A stretch of 64,000 nt of DNA, from positions 65,288,001 to 65,352,000 of the forward strand of contig CM052816.1 in NCBI GenBank assembly GCA_028534125.1. Direction: 5' to 3'. Positions 26,967 to 40,556 of this stretch are shown one piece after another. This DNA comes from Lama glama. Lineage: Eukaryota. The translations under genes were made by a program, and so were the position numbers. Under the pieces are notes generated by a model, which was not told where the DNA came from, did not search any database, and was given only the letters and a program-made list of their open reading frames with translations. Position 1 is the first letter of the stretch, and each line of letters opens with the position of its first letter.

Positions 26967-28861
26967 GAGACTCTCTATGATAAATACCCGGGAGTGGAAT
27001 CATGTCTATGCAAACAGTCACCTTAAGCAGATAATGGTCAATTGTTTTCCCACCAGCAATGTGTAAGAATTCCCACTGAATTCCTATCTTTACAAACCTA
27101 TGGTGCCATCAGGCTTCTTATTTTTTTGCTAACTTAGTGGATGTTACATGCCTTCTCTCTGTGGTCTGTACTTGCTTTTGCCTTGATTACTAATAAGATT
27201 GATCAGTTTTTCTTATGTTTAATGACCATTCAGCCTTCCTCTTCTTTTTCAGTATTTTGATTATTTTTCTATTTTTTAAATTGATTTATAGGAGTACTTA
27301 TTTTAAAATAGTCTTTTGCAGTATTTTCTCCCAGTTTGTGACTTGTTCTCTCAAGTTCATAATGGAAGTTCTAAATGTTAATGTAGTTTGGTTTATTAAT
27401 CTTTTCTTTCACTGTTAGTACTTTTTATAACTTTTTAGAAAGAAATCATCCCTTATACAAATATCATAATTCTGTTCTTCTGTACTTCCTTCTAAATATT
27501 TAAAATTCTAAATATCTAAACATATGCTTTAAAAAATCTTTAATATGATCAGAATTGAATTCTGTTTATTATATGAGGTAAGAGTCAAGATTCAATTTTT
27601 ATCCTACGGGTAACCAATAGTTCCAGCACTATTTATTGAATAATTGCTCTTTGGCAATGCCATCTATCTCAAATAACAAGTATTTCCAAGCTGTAGAGGT
27701 CTGTATCTGGGGTCTTTATTTTGCTTCTTTCGACATTTTATTTATCCTGTTATTTACTTTACTGTCTTTATTAATACATATTTATAATAAGCATTAATAG
27801 TTGGTTGGGAAAGTACCCTAAACTATTTATTCCTCTTTATTTTTCATATAAAATTTTTATAAACATGTTAAGTTCCTTGAAATATCCTGTTGTAATTTTG
27901 GTGAGAATATCATTGAATCTAATAGATCATTCTGTGAAAAATTTTCTTCTTTATCTAATTGATTCTTTCTGCTCATGAAAATGGTGTATCTCTCTACTTA
28001 TTCAGGTCTTTTAAAAAGTTTTGAAAGGTTAAAAATTTTCTCCATAATGGTCTTACATATATTTTATTATATTTATTACTAAAAACTGTATGTATGTATA
28101 TGTGTGTATATATATATATACACACACACACGTGTATATGTAAATACAGCATTTATCTGTTACTGATAAATGGAAGAACAACTGATTCTTGTAAATTAGT
28201 CACCCTTCTGGACTCTTTTAGCATTCTAAAAATTTATGTACAGATGCTTTTGTATTTTATATGTGAACAATGATATCATCAGAGAATAATGTTTTGTTTC
28301 TGCCTTCCATTTCAATCCATATATCTTCAGTTTCTCTGTGTGTTTTGTCTTATTAAGCTGTCTAGAGTCTATAGTTTAATGTTGATTGGAAGTATTGATA
28401 ATGAACATTTGTATCTTATCCCTCACAAAAGATATTTCTAATATTTCAGCTAATGTCTTTCCAGCTCTCCACTTCTATATTAAACCACCCATACACTGAT
28501 ATTATTAAACAACTCATCCATTGATATTTTAATTTCAAAAGTTCTGTGTTTAGTTTCTCCCTTTGTCATCCAGGCAAGATCACAGGTTTTCAACTCAGTT
28601 TGGCCAGGACTCAAGTCCAGGCTTTGATACTAAATAACTACCTGAATTTAGGCCAATGTTTGCCTTTCTGAGCTTCACCTTCCTCATATGTAAAATGAAA
28701 TTAATGCTGGAAATCCTCTGTTTTAGGGAACCCATTCATTGCAATATTCAATTAAATTTAATAGGAATTTTTCAAAATGAAAAATGTTATTTTAAGTTTA
28801 CATTTTTAAATGAATGGAAAATGTACACTTTTGCCATACCAATGTCTACCATGTTACTTTT

Positions 28862-29739
28862 TAAATCTTTTTCTGTATGTATATATTTTTGTTGAAGTAT
28901 AATCAGTTTACAGTGTTGTGTCAATTTCTGGTGTACAGCACAATCCTTCATGAACATACGTATATTCATTTTCATATTCTTTTTCACCTTAATTTACAAG
29001 ATATCAAACATAGTTCCCTGTGCTATACAACATGAACTTGTTGTTTATATATTCTTTATATATCAGTTAGTATCTGCAAATCTATAACTCCTAGTTTATC
29101 CCCTCCCACCTCCTCCCCCCTGGTAACCACAAGTTTGTTCTCTATGTCTGAGTCTATTTCTGTTTTGCAAATAAGTCTGTTTATCTTTTTTTTTAGATTC
29201 CACATATAAGTGATACCATATGATATTTTTCTTTCTCTTTCTGGCTTATTTCACTTAGAATGACAGTCTCCAGGTCCAACCATGTTGCTGCAAATGGCAT
29301 TCTTTTGTTCTTTTTCATGGCTGAGTAGCATTCCATTGTATAAATATACCACAACTTCTTTATCCAGTCATCTGTCAATGGACATTTAGGTTGTTTCCAT
29401 GTCTTGGCTGTTGTAAATAGTGCTGCTCTGAACATTGGGGTGTCTGTATCTTTTTGAATTAAGGTTCCCTCTGCATAGATGCTCAGCAGTGGGATTGCTG
29501 GGTCATATGGTAAGTTTATTTTTACTCTTTTGAGGAATCTCCATACTGTTTTCCATAATGGCTGCACCAAACTACATTCTTATCAGCAGTGTAGGAGTGT
29601 TCCCTTTTCTCCACACCCTCTCCAGCATTTATGGCTTGTGGATTCTGAATGATGGCCATTCTGACTGCTGTGAGGTGACACCTCATTGTAGTTTTGATTT
29701 GCATTTCTCTTATAGTTAGCGATATTGAACATTTTTTCA
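28862..29739 (-). mobile_element. 5'-truncated L1 (ORF2 C-terminus plus 3'UTR) with a degenerate TSD
   Basis: ORF 29193-29570 reads [47 protein letters not shown] taccatgttactttt (28847-28861) vs taccgtgttacgttt (29740-29754). Confidence 0.95.
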
Positions 29740-30419
29740 TACCGTGTTACGTTTCAACATCTCAAAGTGTAAGATTAAATCTCAATATCTAAAGATTCAT
29801 TACTATTTTGGGTCTTTGCTAGTTAGGCCAAATTGCATAGTAACAGGCTACTTCTTGTAATCTCTTTTGCATCTTTGAGATTGTGAGTGACATTTCAAGG
29901 CATGGTGATTCATTTTTTTACATTTAATTATCAAACACTAGAAGTTTAGCATCCTCTCTTAAAAGTCAGCTAGAAACTTTTGACAGATGGACATTTAGTA
30001 CCTGAGTAATTATCCTTCAGCTCTCACAATTCAGTCACTTTGAAAGTTCTGTGACATCTTCTGAGGGATTTGATAATATCAACTCATTTTAAATGTATTG
30101 CTGCTGAATGACTGGCCATGATTTTGTAGTTGTTTCAATGACCAAACAACATGGAGCTTCAAGTAATTATGAATATTTTGTTGTCTTATTATAAATAAAT
30201 ATAAATATAAATATAAATATAAATTTATATTGTAGTCTTTCTCCCTGAAAGAAACATTTTCTTCACTTAGAGTAAATATTTGTCTCTCAGGCATATTTTC
30301 ATATTTTTCTATGTAGAGAGTAACTTACCTCTTCAATGGCATGGTCTTTCAAAGACATTTTAAATGAATATTAGGTGTCTGAATCTACTTTAATTAAGTC
30401 TAAAATTCAGCCATGTATT

Positions 30420-30915
30420 GCTCTGTGAATATGAGTAACAAATCCGAAGTTCTTAAAGTAACCAACATGCCCTCTTTGATTTGTCCTCATTTCCAAATCG
30501 CCTCCATCTCACTTCACCCCAGGCCACTGGTAAGCTTGGTATTCCTCAAATATAACATGCTGGCTGCTATGTTAATTTCTTTTCACTTGCTTTTTCCATA
30601 CCCTGGAACACTGGCTCACTCCCTTACTTCCTTCAGGATTTTACTAAAATTCTAACCTATCAGAGAAGTCTTCCTTGACCACCTTTTACAAAATATCACT
30701 CCCAAACATCAGACTCTCAGTTCTTAATTTGCTTCAATTTGCTTTATAGCACTTAGCCATATCTGACATATTTACGTATTTGTCTGAGTGTTTATTCTGT
30801 CTCTTCCAAATAGAACTGGACAGCCAGAACTCTTCTGTTTTACTTAGCTCTTTTTCTCCAGAACTTGGTGTTTGGCACATATTAAATGTTCAATAAATAT
30901 TGGCTGAATGAAGTA
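30420..30915 (+). mobile_element. L2 LINE 3' end
   Basis: ggctcactcccttacttccttcagg...tcagagaagtcttccttgaccacc...tggcacatattaaatgttcaataaatattggctgaatgaa. Confidence 0.8.
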
Positions 30916-31507
30916 ACTAATGTGGAGACAATCAGGTGTACAGATGTTTTCTATGCAGAGTTGAGGTCAGGTAGGCTGTACTCAACATCTGCAGGAGACT
31001 GGCACGGTTCTTTTAGTCTCCATTGAAAGGCTCATTATGATTTTCAAAATATTAAAATGTGAAGAAAGAAGTGCATTGTTAAAAGGTTAAATAAAATAAT
31101 GCATGAGAAGTGTTTGCCAAAAGTTAAATGTTCAATAAATGCAATAAGCTGACTTTCATCTGAATCCATCCTTTCTCATTTCTCTCCTGTCACAATGGCA
31201 CTGTTGGCTTTTGCCTAGTTAAAGGCAAAGCCTTCCGTCTGTGTCTGAGAGTTTAATCCACTCTCACTTTCTCAGGGACAGCACACCATCTCTTATCCTC
31301 CTTCTTCCTCTCGTATCCTTGATTTCCTCTCTCTCTGCATCTTACCCATCAACCTTAAAACCTGATCCACTCAGAAGAGGCCCCTTTTGATAACTGACAC
31401 ACAGTCACCATATTTCTTTGAGGGGGCACTTCATAAGAGGTGACCATCATTAGACGCCTACTTGCTTACCTGTCCACACAGAGTTACAGAATCACTTGCC
31501 ATTTTCT

Positions 31508-31647
31508 TTTTTTTTTTTTTTTTGGAATCAATAATTTATATTTATTAAATTTTATTAGGAAAATTGCTGGAAGAATGACAGTTTTTATAGAATACAAAAA
31601 AGAAAGAAATTATTTTATTTTTCATAGTAGTAACAGGTGTTTTTTCT
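31508..31647 (-). other. Retrotransposed polyadenylated non-repeat fragment (truncated processed pseudogene or orphan L1 3' transduction)
   Basis: Perfect 14-bp TSD ACTTGCCATTTTCT at 31494-31507 and 31648-31661; T run to 31523; AATAAA on - strand at 31541-31546 and 31551-31556. Confidence 0.85.
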
Positions 31648-32317
31648 ACTTGCCATTTTCTGATCTCCAATGCCCCATAACTTCTCTCATCTCTAAGTTT
31701 TTGCCTGTTTCAGATTTGCCCACAATGCCTTAACCCTTTGACACTCTCCAAGACACGCACATATAGTCACACAAACATGTTCGTATAAAATGAGATTAAC
31801 TAATTCCTACTTGTACTTGAAGTCTTGGCCTCAGCTTAGATACTACTCTTTCATTGTCAAGACTCACTGAGCTTAAGAATTGACTATTTTTCCTGCGTTT
31901 CCACAGCAGACACTATATATCCCCCATCAACACCTCTCATTTTCTTTCTCTTTCTCTTTGTCCTTCTCTCTTTCTCTCTCTCCTGACTTACAGCTGTTTA
32001 TTTGTTTATTTTCCCGACAATACACTAAGCTCTTTGAGGACAAGTTTTTGTTTTTGTTTTTGTTTTTAATGTTCATCAATGAAATACCAAAGTCTGCATG
32101 GGAATTGGCAAATAGCATATAAACTATATATTTTTAACTTGAACTGACAAGTAGAGTCATGTCATTAGAAAGTTACAAAATTGCTCTCTGGTAGTGCTGC
32201 AGCCTGTGGGCCAGCAAATTGCAGCTGAATTTGGATCAAAGTGCTAGTTAAAGACGAATATGCTCAACAGCAAAATTTCTTACTTTAACATTTATTGTAT
32301 ATTGTGGTTTGTTTCAT

Positions 32318-32417
32318 TTATTTATTGAAGTATAGTTAGTTTACAGTGTTGTGTCAGTTTCTGGTGCACAGCACAATGCTTCAGTCACATATGAACATAT
32401 ATATATATTAGTTTTCA
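32318..32417 (-). mobile_element. Short L1 3' end
   Basis: tttattgaagtatagttagtttacagtgttgtgtcagtttctggtgcacagc; flanked by tgtttcat at 32310-32317 and 32418-32425. Confidence 0.85.
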
Positions 32418-33599
32418 TGTTTCATATCAGAGAAGAAATTGCTAAAACAGTGACGATATATGGAAACAATGGAATAGAGACATTAGCGTTAGTATTTAAG
32501 TGGTAATATTGACAATACATACTATCTAATACATGTGTAGATTTTTACAATTTTAAAAGCCTTTTTGGCTCAAGGAAATACCCTTACCCACTTTTAAAAA
32601 ACATTGAAAATCTAGATGAAACCTAAGACTGACTGCATCCTTTGGATATTTCTAACTAGGCAGCAGTTTGGCCTTGTGTAAGACAACATTGATGTTGAAA
32701 ATTCCAACTTTATGCTGTTTGGCATCAGATTAATGCATCTTATCAAAATAACACATGTGTGTTCAAGTATACATAGGATATATGCAAAAAAGTTTCATTG
32801 AAATCTTCCTCCCATCACCAATTTAGAAGTGGACCCTTCATTATCATAACTTACCATTTACTTTTGTGTTCTGGATAAAAATAAAGCCTAATCTCTCCTA
32901 GCTTTTAATTGACATCATTTCTTCCAGAACTCTCCATCATTATTGACAGCAATGTTCTCCCCTGTTAACTGCCCAGCAGCGTATTGAGTGATTGATTGGC
33001 TCTCTAGGGCAGATTTGAAAGACGTTGGCAGAAGGGAGTGGTGGTTGTGGTTTATAATACTCTCTGTCTCATGGTGACAGCACCAACTAACTGCTTATTT
33101 AGGTTTGTTGAGGAAAAAATACACTGATCATTTACCTGGACTTTTCACTTTTATATAGATATGCTGATGGTGAGTAGTGAAAACTTTCAAAGATGCCCCA
33201 TATGAACCCCCAAATTGCAAACACCCTCTCAGACCATGCCCATAAAACTCCAACATCTATGATTAATCAGTGGGGGAAATGAATAGTTTATATGACATAT
33301 AAGCATGGAAAACCAACAGGACAATTGTATAGTTTCATGTTTTGGTTGTTTCAAATATTAGCAGGCAAGCCCTAGATTAATGAAAACAGTTTTTAAGTGG
33401 AAGACTAGGAGTCCTCATTTTTAACAATGTAAGATTTTCTTTTAACGTAGAGACAACTGGAATAATAGATAAAGTGTATATTTTCATGAGATCAGGGCTC
33501 TTACACTGGTTTTGCCAGAAAGTGAGTCATGTGGGTAAGTCAACTAAGAGTACTTGGAGTTTTTGGCAACCACATAATAAGGGAATGGGTCTGGATCGG

Positions 33600-33932
33600 T
33601 CGTTATTCACGTATTGAAATCACCTAGAGAGTGTTTTCTAAGGGCTCTTATTTGGGTCCTCCCCTGAGAAATGCTGATTTCATTTGTCTGGGAATGGCAA
33701 TGATTTCTAAACTGTAGTCTGAACCAGCAACACCTGGCAAACTTGGTAAACATACAAAATGCCAAGCCCTATCCTGCTTGGTGGAACTTGGACCTTTGGG
33801 GGCTTGATTTGATCTTCAGGTGATTCTGATAACATCTCAGTTTGAAATTACTAGTCTAGTGTTCAGTATCAAACATTTTTAAAGTACTCCAGGTGATGCT
33901 CCCTAGGTGCAGCCAAGGTTGGGAACCACTGA
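33600..33932. mobile_element. Nested MER5-family hAT elements (inner copy about 33688-33854)
   Basis: Outer: gaaatcacctagagag..ctgatttcatttgtctggga and tttttaaagtactccaggtgat..gcagccaaggttgggaaccactg; inner: caatgatttctaaact..caggtgattctgat..agtttgaaattactag. Confidence 0.6.
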
Positions 33933-36515
33933 TTAAAATAATATTTAGAATTTCTTCCAAGTCTGGAAGGAATAATCAAAATTGCTAACTTTTATTAAAC
34001 ATTTATTGTGTATAATGTATTGCACTAAGTATTATCTCACTAAGTAATCACCAGATTCTGGGAAGTAGGTAATAATAGTACTACTTTGTATTTAAGAGAC
34101 ATGGAGGGAACGTAATTTAGTTAAGTTCACAGGAATAGAAAGTTGTTGTTTGGAATCCAAGGTGTCTTACCTCAAAGATCACACAATAAACTACGTATCA
34201 ATACTCTTTTGGAATCATAAGAGAAGTGGAAAATTATCAAAGTTGGGAACATGTTAGAAGATATTTAAATGATTTTTTCACACTTAAAAGTGTACCTGAT
34301 TTGTAATTATATAATTAAACAAAGAAATAATTTTTTTTAAAAAATAAATGGAGAATATAGGAAAAGAAAAGTGTTCACAAATTAAAAGTAAGTCAAAAAC
34401 TGATTGAAGCAGGTTAGACTTGAATTATTCTATTTATTCTGGAAAGAAGATCATAAATTCCTTGTACTATTAGTATTTGAAAAGCAAAAATAAAAATTAC
34501 AGGTAGAGATATTTTGCCTAGTTATATTGAGAGGAAAGGTGTCAAGCATTTCAGAGGAAAGAAGAAATTTGTATATTTCTTTGAAATGGTCCTAATGTTC
34601 ATAATTCAATGAATTAAAAGGAAGAAAAAAGCAGTTTATATTCCATGATACTTCCTTTTCTCTCCTTTCATGTTTGGAAAGATATCACCTCAATGCCTTT
34701 CCTAGGCATGGAAAATGCTTTGGCCACTGCCATTAGTCACACTTGTGTCTGTAAAGAAGGGAGAGAGTGCCTTAGTCAGGTATGTTTTCAGTCGTGCACA
34801 GAGTGAAGTGATGCTTGTGAGACTGCCCTGTTCCTCTCAAGTCATGGCCTTTCTCAGGTTTTGTTGTGGACCAGATATGGCAGAGTACCAATACTGAAAT
34901 TTAGGAGGAAGGGACATTTCCTGCCATAAAGAAAGAAACAAAGAAAGAAAGAATCCCATGAAGAGATGCCAAGGATCTTTTTGTATAATATTAACTTTAA
35001 TTGCTCCCATTTGGAGAAGAGGGCACTTGCATATTTTATAGACTGCAGCTCGAGCTAATGAACAAAGTGAGCATTTATTTTCATTGATGTTATTTCCCGA
35101 GTGGCATTTACACCAATCGTTGACTGTATGGGGAACCCTGTATTTTCAGCACTCTGGAGAGCCTGTGAGATGTTTCCTGATCCTGATACTTTAGTATTCG
35201 TTATATGACATGCATAAAATGTACATATTCAATCATGTGAAGATTGAGTGTGTGCAGAGAATGGAATAATTATGCTGCCAACAAGCTATTGTGAGTCCTA
35301 AATATATTTACATTTCAAATAATGGATGGTTCAGTGGTAACTCCCACAAAGTCTAATTCTAGAATTATTTTAACAGTGAGTAAGTGACATATGATCTTTA
35401 AGTAATGTGGTAATAAAAAAAAGATACAGGAAAAAATATGTCTATATAGTGCTCTGAAATTCTCTTGGCTTCTCCAAAACATTCTATATTGCAGGAAAAT
35501 ACTAATTAAAGGAAGACAAATAAAAATTGAACTTGGATTTTAATGTCAAATATGACTCTAAATTCTGTGGAATAAAAATAATATCACATTTTTAAAGTGC
35601 TTTGGTAATAGAGCTGTGTTCTGCTTAAAGTGGCAGAAAGGCAAATTGCAAGCAAGCGCGGATGGTGGAAACACTGAAGATAACCAGAGGTTTATAATAG
35701 AAAAAGTAACCCAACCTTAACTGGCCAGCTAGCTCAGCTGTGGCAATGGGCTCGCCTTGATTTCCAACTAAGACCACTCCTGGAGATCTTAATCACAGAA
35801 GCAGCAGCAACACGAGCTACCAGCTGGAGGAAGATCTTCAAGAGGAACCATTGGGCATTCTCCCTGCTATGATCCACACAGTATTTAATCCTATGACTGA
35901 ATTAATCCTAATATTGGATCTTCACCTAGATCCAATTTTTCAGCGACGCGCACACACACCATTCCTGGCAACTTTGCCAGATCACATCCCTCTTTGGAAG
36001 CTCCAGCATGGGGCTTATCGTCAACGAGCTCTGAGAATCAGCTAGGAACCACCAAACTCCATTTCTCGAGAAGGAATGAGGCAAGCGGAGGTGAAGAGGA
36101 AACCACGGGGGCACTGAGGGGCCAGTGAGGGGAGGGAGGCGGGGGCAGGGGGAGGGGAAGGATCCGGAGGACAGGTCTGACTCCTGACTGGCTGGAGTGC
36201 TTTTAGAGAAAGTCACAGCTCCGGTTCACCAGTCAGGAGCTGTCCAACTTTTCAGCAGCTCGGGGATCAAGGTTCGGGTGCCCTGGACGGAGGAGGCGGC
36301 TACACGAGCGGCCGCTACTGCTTCTGCAGCTCGAGCTGCCAACAGTTCCTGCTCTCGCCGCTGGCGCCCAAAGGAAGGAAGGGAAGAAAAGAGGGAAGGC
36401 GGCACCGACCGCTGGCGAAGCCGCGCACCGCGCTCCCCAGTCTTGGTGACTTGGGGAGCCCAGGAGCATATCCCTGCCACAACCACTGTGGAGGGAGCCC
36501 TGTCGCGTTCTGTGA

Positions 36516-37151
<636 letters not shown>

Positions 37152-37651
37152 NNNNNNNNNNNNNNNNNNNNNNNNNNNNNNNNNNNNNNNNNNNNNNNNN
37201 NNNNNNNNNNNNNNNNNNNNNNNNNNNNNNNNNNNNNNNNNNNNNNNNNNNNNNNNNNNNNNNNNNNNNNNNNNNNNNNNNNNNNNNNNNNNNNNNNNNN
37301 NNNNNNNNNNNNNNNNNNNNNNNNNNNNNNNNNNNNNNNNNNNNNNNNNNNNNNNNNNNNNNNNNNNNNNNNNNNNNNNNNNNNNNNNNNNNNNNNNNNN
37401 NNNNNNNNNNNNNNNNNNNNNNNNNNNNNNNNNNNNNNNNNNNNNNNNNNNNNNNNNNNNNNNNNNNNNNNNNNNNNNNNNNNNNNNNNNNNNNNNNNNN
37501 NNNNNNNNNNNNNNNNNNNNNNNNNNNNNNNNNNNNNNNNNNNNNNNNNNNNNNNNNNNNNNNNNNNNNNNNNNNNNNNNNNNNNNNNNNNNNNNNNNNN
37601 NNNNNNNNNNNNNNNNNNNNNNNNNNNNNNNNNNNNNNNNNNNNNNNNNNN
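37152..37651. other. Assembly gap (500 N)
   Basis: Exactly 500 N between the GC-rich exon and a (CCTT)n tract. Confidence 1.
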
Positions 37652-37736
37652 CCTTCCTTCCTTCCTCCCTTCCTTTCTCCCTTCCCTTCCCTCCTCTTCC
37701 TTTCCCTTTTCTCCCCCTCCCATCCTTTTCCTTCTT
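37652..37736. repeat. Polypyrimidine (CCTT/CCCT)n low-complexity tract
   Basis: Read directly. Confidence 0.9.
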
Positions 37737-38644
37737 TAATGAGCATCTCTCTCTACGTGTTGCATATACTGTGGTCAAAGGGAATCCAACCAAATCGAAT
37801 ATCCCAACCCTGATGTACAAACATGCTCCTCCCACCCCCAGGTACTGTATTGCACATTGTTCCTGCTGATGTCATTGTACTTGTTAGATACAGAGTGAGA
37901 ATTGTAGTTAATAATCTCAATTCAGATTAATTTAAACTTTGAAGATTTGTGTGATTTGCAGACATTCATAAAACTAATGTTTAAGTTTCATTCTTATAGC
38001 TCAGACTGCTAAAACCCACATGCAATTTTACCCTTTGAAGAGGTGTATGTCCTCCACCTGGGCTGAACAGTATGTATGTGGGTCCCCAAAGGTGGAATAA
38101 AGGCTAGCATGGCACTTTGTATATGTAACTTATGAAAAGAAAATTTTTGTGAGACTGAGCCCTTAGTAAACGTTAAATAAGAACGGGAGTTCTAGCTTAC
38201 TCTGTGAGTTGTTTGACTTTGCAGAGTCTCTTAATGAACTTCATTTTTTAATAAAATAGTATATATCTGAGAGAGTAGAGGGGGAAAATGAGCTAACTGA
38301 GATAGAGATATTGCATCATTGATCTGAATTTATTTTTTGCTGTGCTCTCTACACCGATTAATTTTTCTATTTGAAATTTGTTAGTTGAATAGTTCACAGA
38401 AAACTAAGATATGTATTATTTACACATAGCTTCCATTGTGGCTCATCTGATAAATCATTGTCATTCTATTTAAGGATCTTTACATCACTTATGTATTTTT
38501 CAAACACTCCTATGTTGTATATAAAGCTTTTCCTTTATAGAGGTGCTTTTGCAAATAAATGTGCTTTTCAAGGGGGCATGGATGTTACTTGCATTCTTCA
38601 AAGAGGATAGTAGCAGTGCTTTAAAATTATCAAAAAAAAAAACC

Positions 38645-38815
38645 CCACACATTTTTAACTTATTTGAACTCATTAACAACTCTGAGATGAAATGGTACTG
38701 TGTCCATTTTATAGAGAAGAACACTGAGACCTAGAGGACATGAGTAACTTGTTTAGTAACACATTGACTATAAATGCCAGAGCTAAGACTGAAATCCAGG
38801 TCTCCTGCTTCAACA
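38645..38815. mobile_element. MIR SINE
   Basis: aactcattaacaactctgagatg...ccattttatagagaagaacactgagacctagagg...gtaacttg...agagctaagactgaaatccaggtctcctg. Confidence 0.75.
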
Positions 38816-39894
38816 AAGGTGCTGCTAAAATAAGTGTGCGCAGAACCTGGGTGTGTGGACAGAATAAAAAAATATGTAAAATGGAACGTGAAGTTTGTAT
38901 TGATTGATACCACTGTACATAAAGTCCAAATGAGCCCCCCAAATGAGATATGGTTTAAATCCACTATTTAAAAAAAAATGACAGCATAGACCATGGAAGC
39001 TGTGAAGGATTTTAACCTTTATTTTTAACTTTTGAAATCCTGGCTGTGACACTGGTGTTAATGATGACAGCGGAGGCAAATCAGTATGTTTGTTGACTTC
39101 AAGATAATGCATATAATATAATCATAAATGTGAAACTGAATTATCAAAGAATCAGAGAGTTAAATATAATCAGAACATTTCAGGTTGTTTTCAGTGGAAA
39201 CAAAAGCATGAGAAAGTACAGGGTGTGTGTGTGCCGTTATCCAAGTGGAAGGCTGCTTAAACTGTCTGTCAAGTTAATATCTCTGAAAAAGCCTCATGGA
39301 TGGATGGATGAATGATTCCCTATGGATTATCAAGAAGAATATGTCTTTTAAAAGACTATTTTTAGCATGTATGGTAGCATTTCCAGATTTTACTATCTTG
39401 ACTGAAATTTTGAGAATTAAGAGTGTGGGAAGCAATGGGAAAGAGGTATACTTGATTTAGTGAAGAAATTTGTATAAATAGGATGGAGGCAATCCTCAGA
39501 CATTTTGTGATCCGTTCTTTTGATTCCATGGAAAATGTATGTGTGTTAAATAAACTTTGTACTAAAATGTACCTAACAAGGTAGATTCATTTTTTAATCT
39601 CAACTTAGGAGGAATGTGAAATAATAAAATTACCAGGGGAGCGAGTCTCCACGTTACGAAAAGAACCAAATGAAATATTTTAAAAATTAGCACTCTAAAA
39701 GAAGTGTGTGTGTGTGTGTGTGTGTGTGTATGTCAAATTAGTTATCTTAACCAGTAGTTCTTCAAAATGTAACAACTGTTCAACTAAACTGATAAATGAT
39801 TTATTTCTTTGACTTTTTTTTTACACAGTAGATTTTCTTTATCAGTAACATGCTTTTCTAAATCTGTAGGAACTATATATTCTCAGTAACAAAT

Positions 39895-40556
39895 TAATGC
39901 TCTACATCATTAATCATCAGAAAAATGCAAATCAAAACCACAATGAGCTATCACTTCATGCCTGTTAGAATGTCCACTACCAAAAAGACAAGAAATAACA
40001 AGTGTTGGCAAGGATGTGGAGAAAAGTAAACCCTTGTGCACTGTTCTTGGGAATGTTAATTGGTGCAGCCACTATGGAAAACAGTATGTAAGTTCCTCAA
40101 ATAATTAAAAATAGAACTACCATATGAGCCAGCAATTCCAATCCTGGGTAGTTATCCGAAGAAAAGGAAAACACTAATTTGACAGCATATATGCACCCCT
40201 ATGTTCACTGCAGCATTAATTACAAATAGCCAAGATATGGAAACAATCTAAGTGTCCACTGGTGGATGAATGGATAAATAGTTGTATACACACACAAAGG
40301 AATATCATGCAGCCAAGAGAAAGAATGAAATCTTACCATTTTATAATGTGGATGGAAGTCAAGGGCATTTTGCTAAGTGAAATAAGTCTGACAGAGAAAG
40401 ACAAATACCAAATGATTTCTTTTATATGTGGAATCTAGACAAATAAAAATAAGAACAAACTCATATACAAAGAACAGATTTGTGGTTGCCAGAGGTGGGG
40501 GATTGGAGTTGAAGAAATGGGTGAGTTTTGTTTTTCAATAAATTGAAAAAAAATTA
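39895..40556 (+). mobile_element. L1 3' end (ORF2 C-terminus remnant plus 3'UTR)
   Basis: catcattaatcatcagaaaaatgcaaatcaaaaccacaatgag..aacaagtgttggcaaggatgtggagaaa..ggtgcagccactatggaaaacagtatg..ccagcaattcca. Confidence 0.92.

Larger units (their letters stand above)
26180..28445 (-). mobile_element. Old L1 (L1MC/ME-like) with a nested MER5 and microsatellites
   Basis: T-rich antisense L1 phrases (atacccgggagtggaat; ccaccagcaatgtgtaagaattccc; ccaatagttccagcactatttattgaataa; catgaaaatggtgtatctctc). Confidence 0.75.

Noticed and set aside
36251..36270. TTCAGCAGCTCGG, resembling the left half of a REST/RE1 site
   Set aside because: Mismatch in the CAGCACC core and no GGACAG right half.
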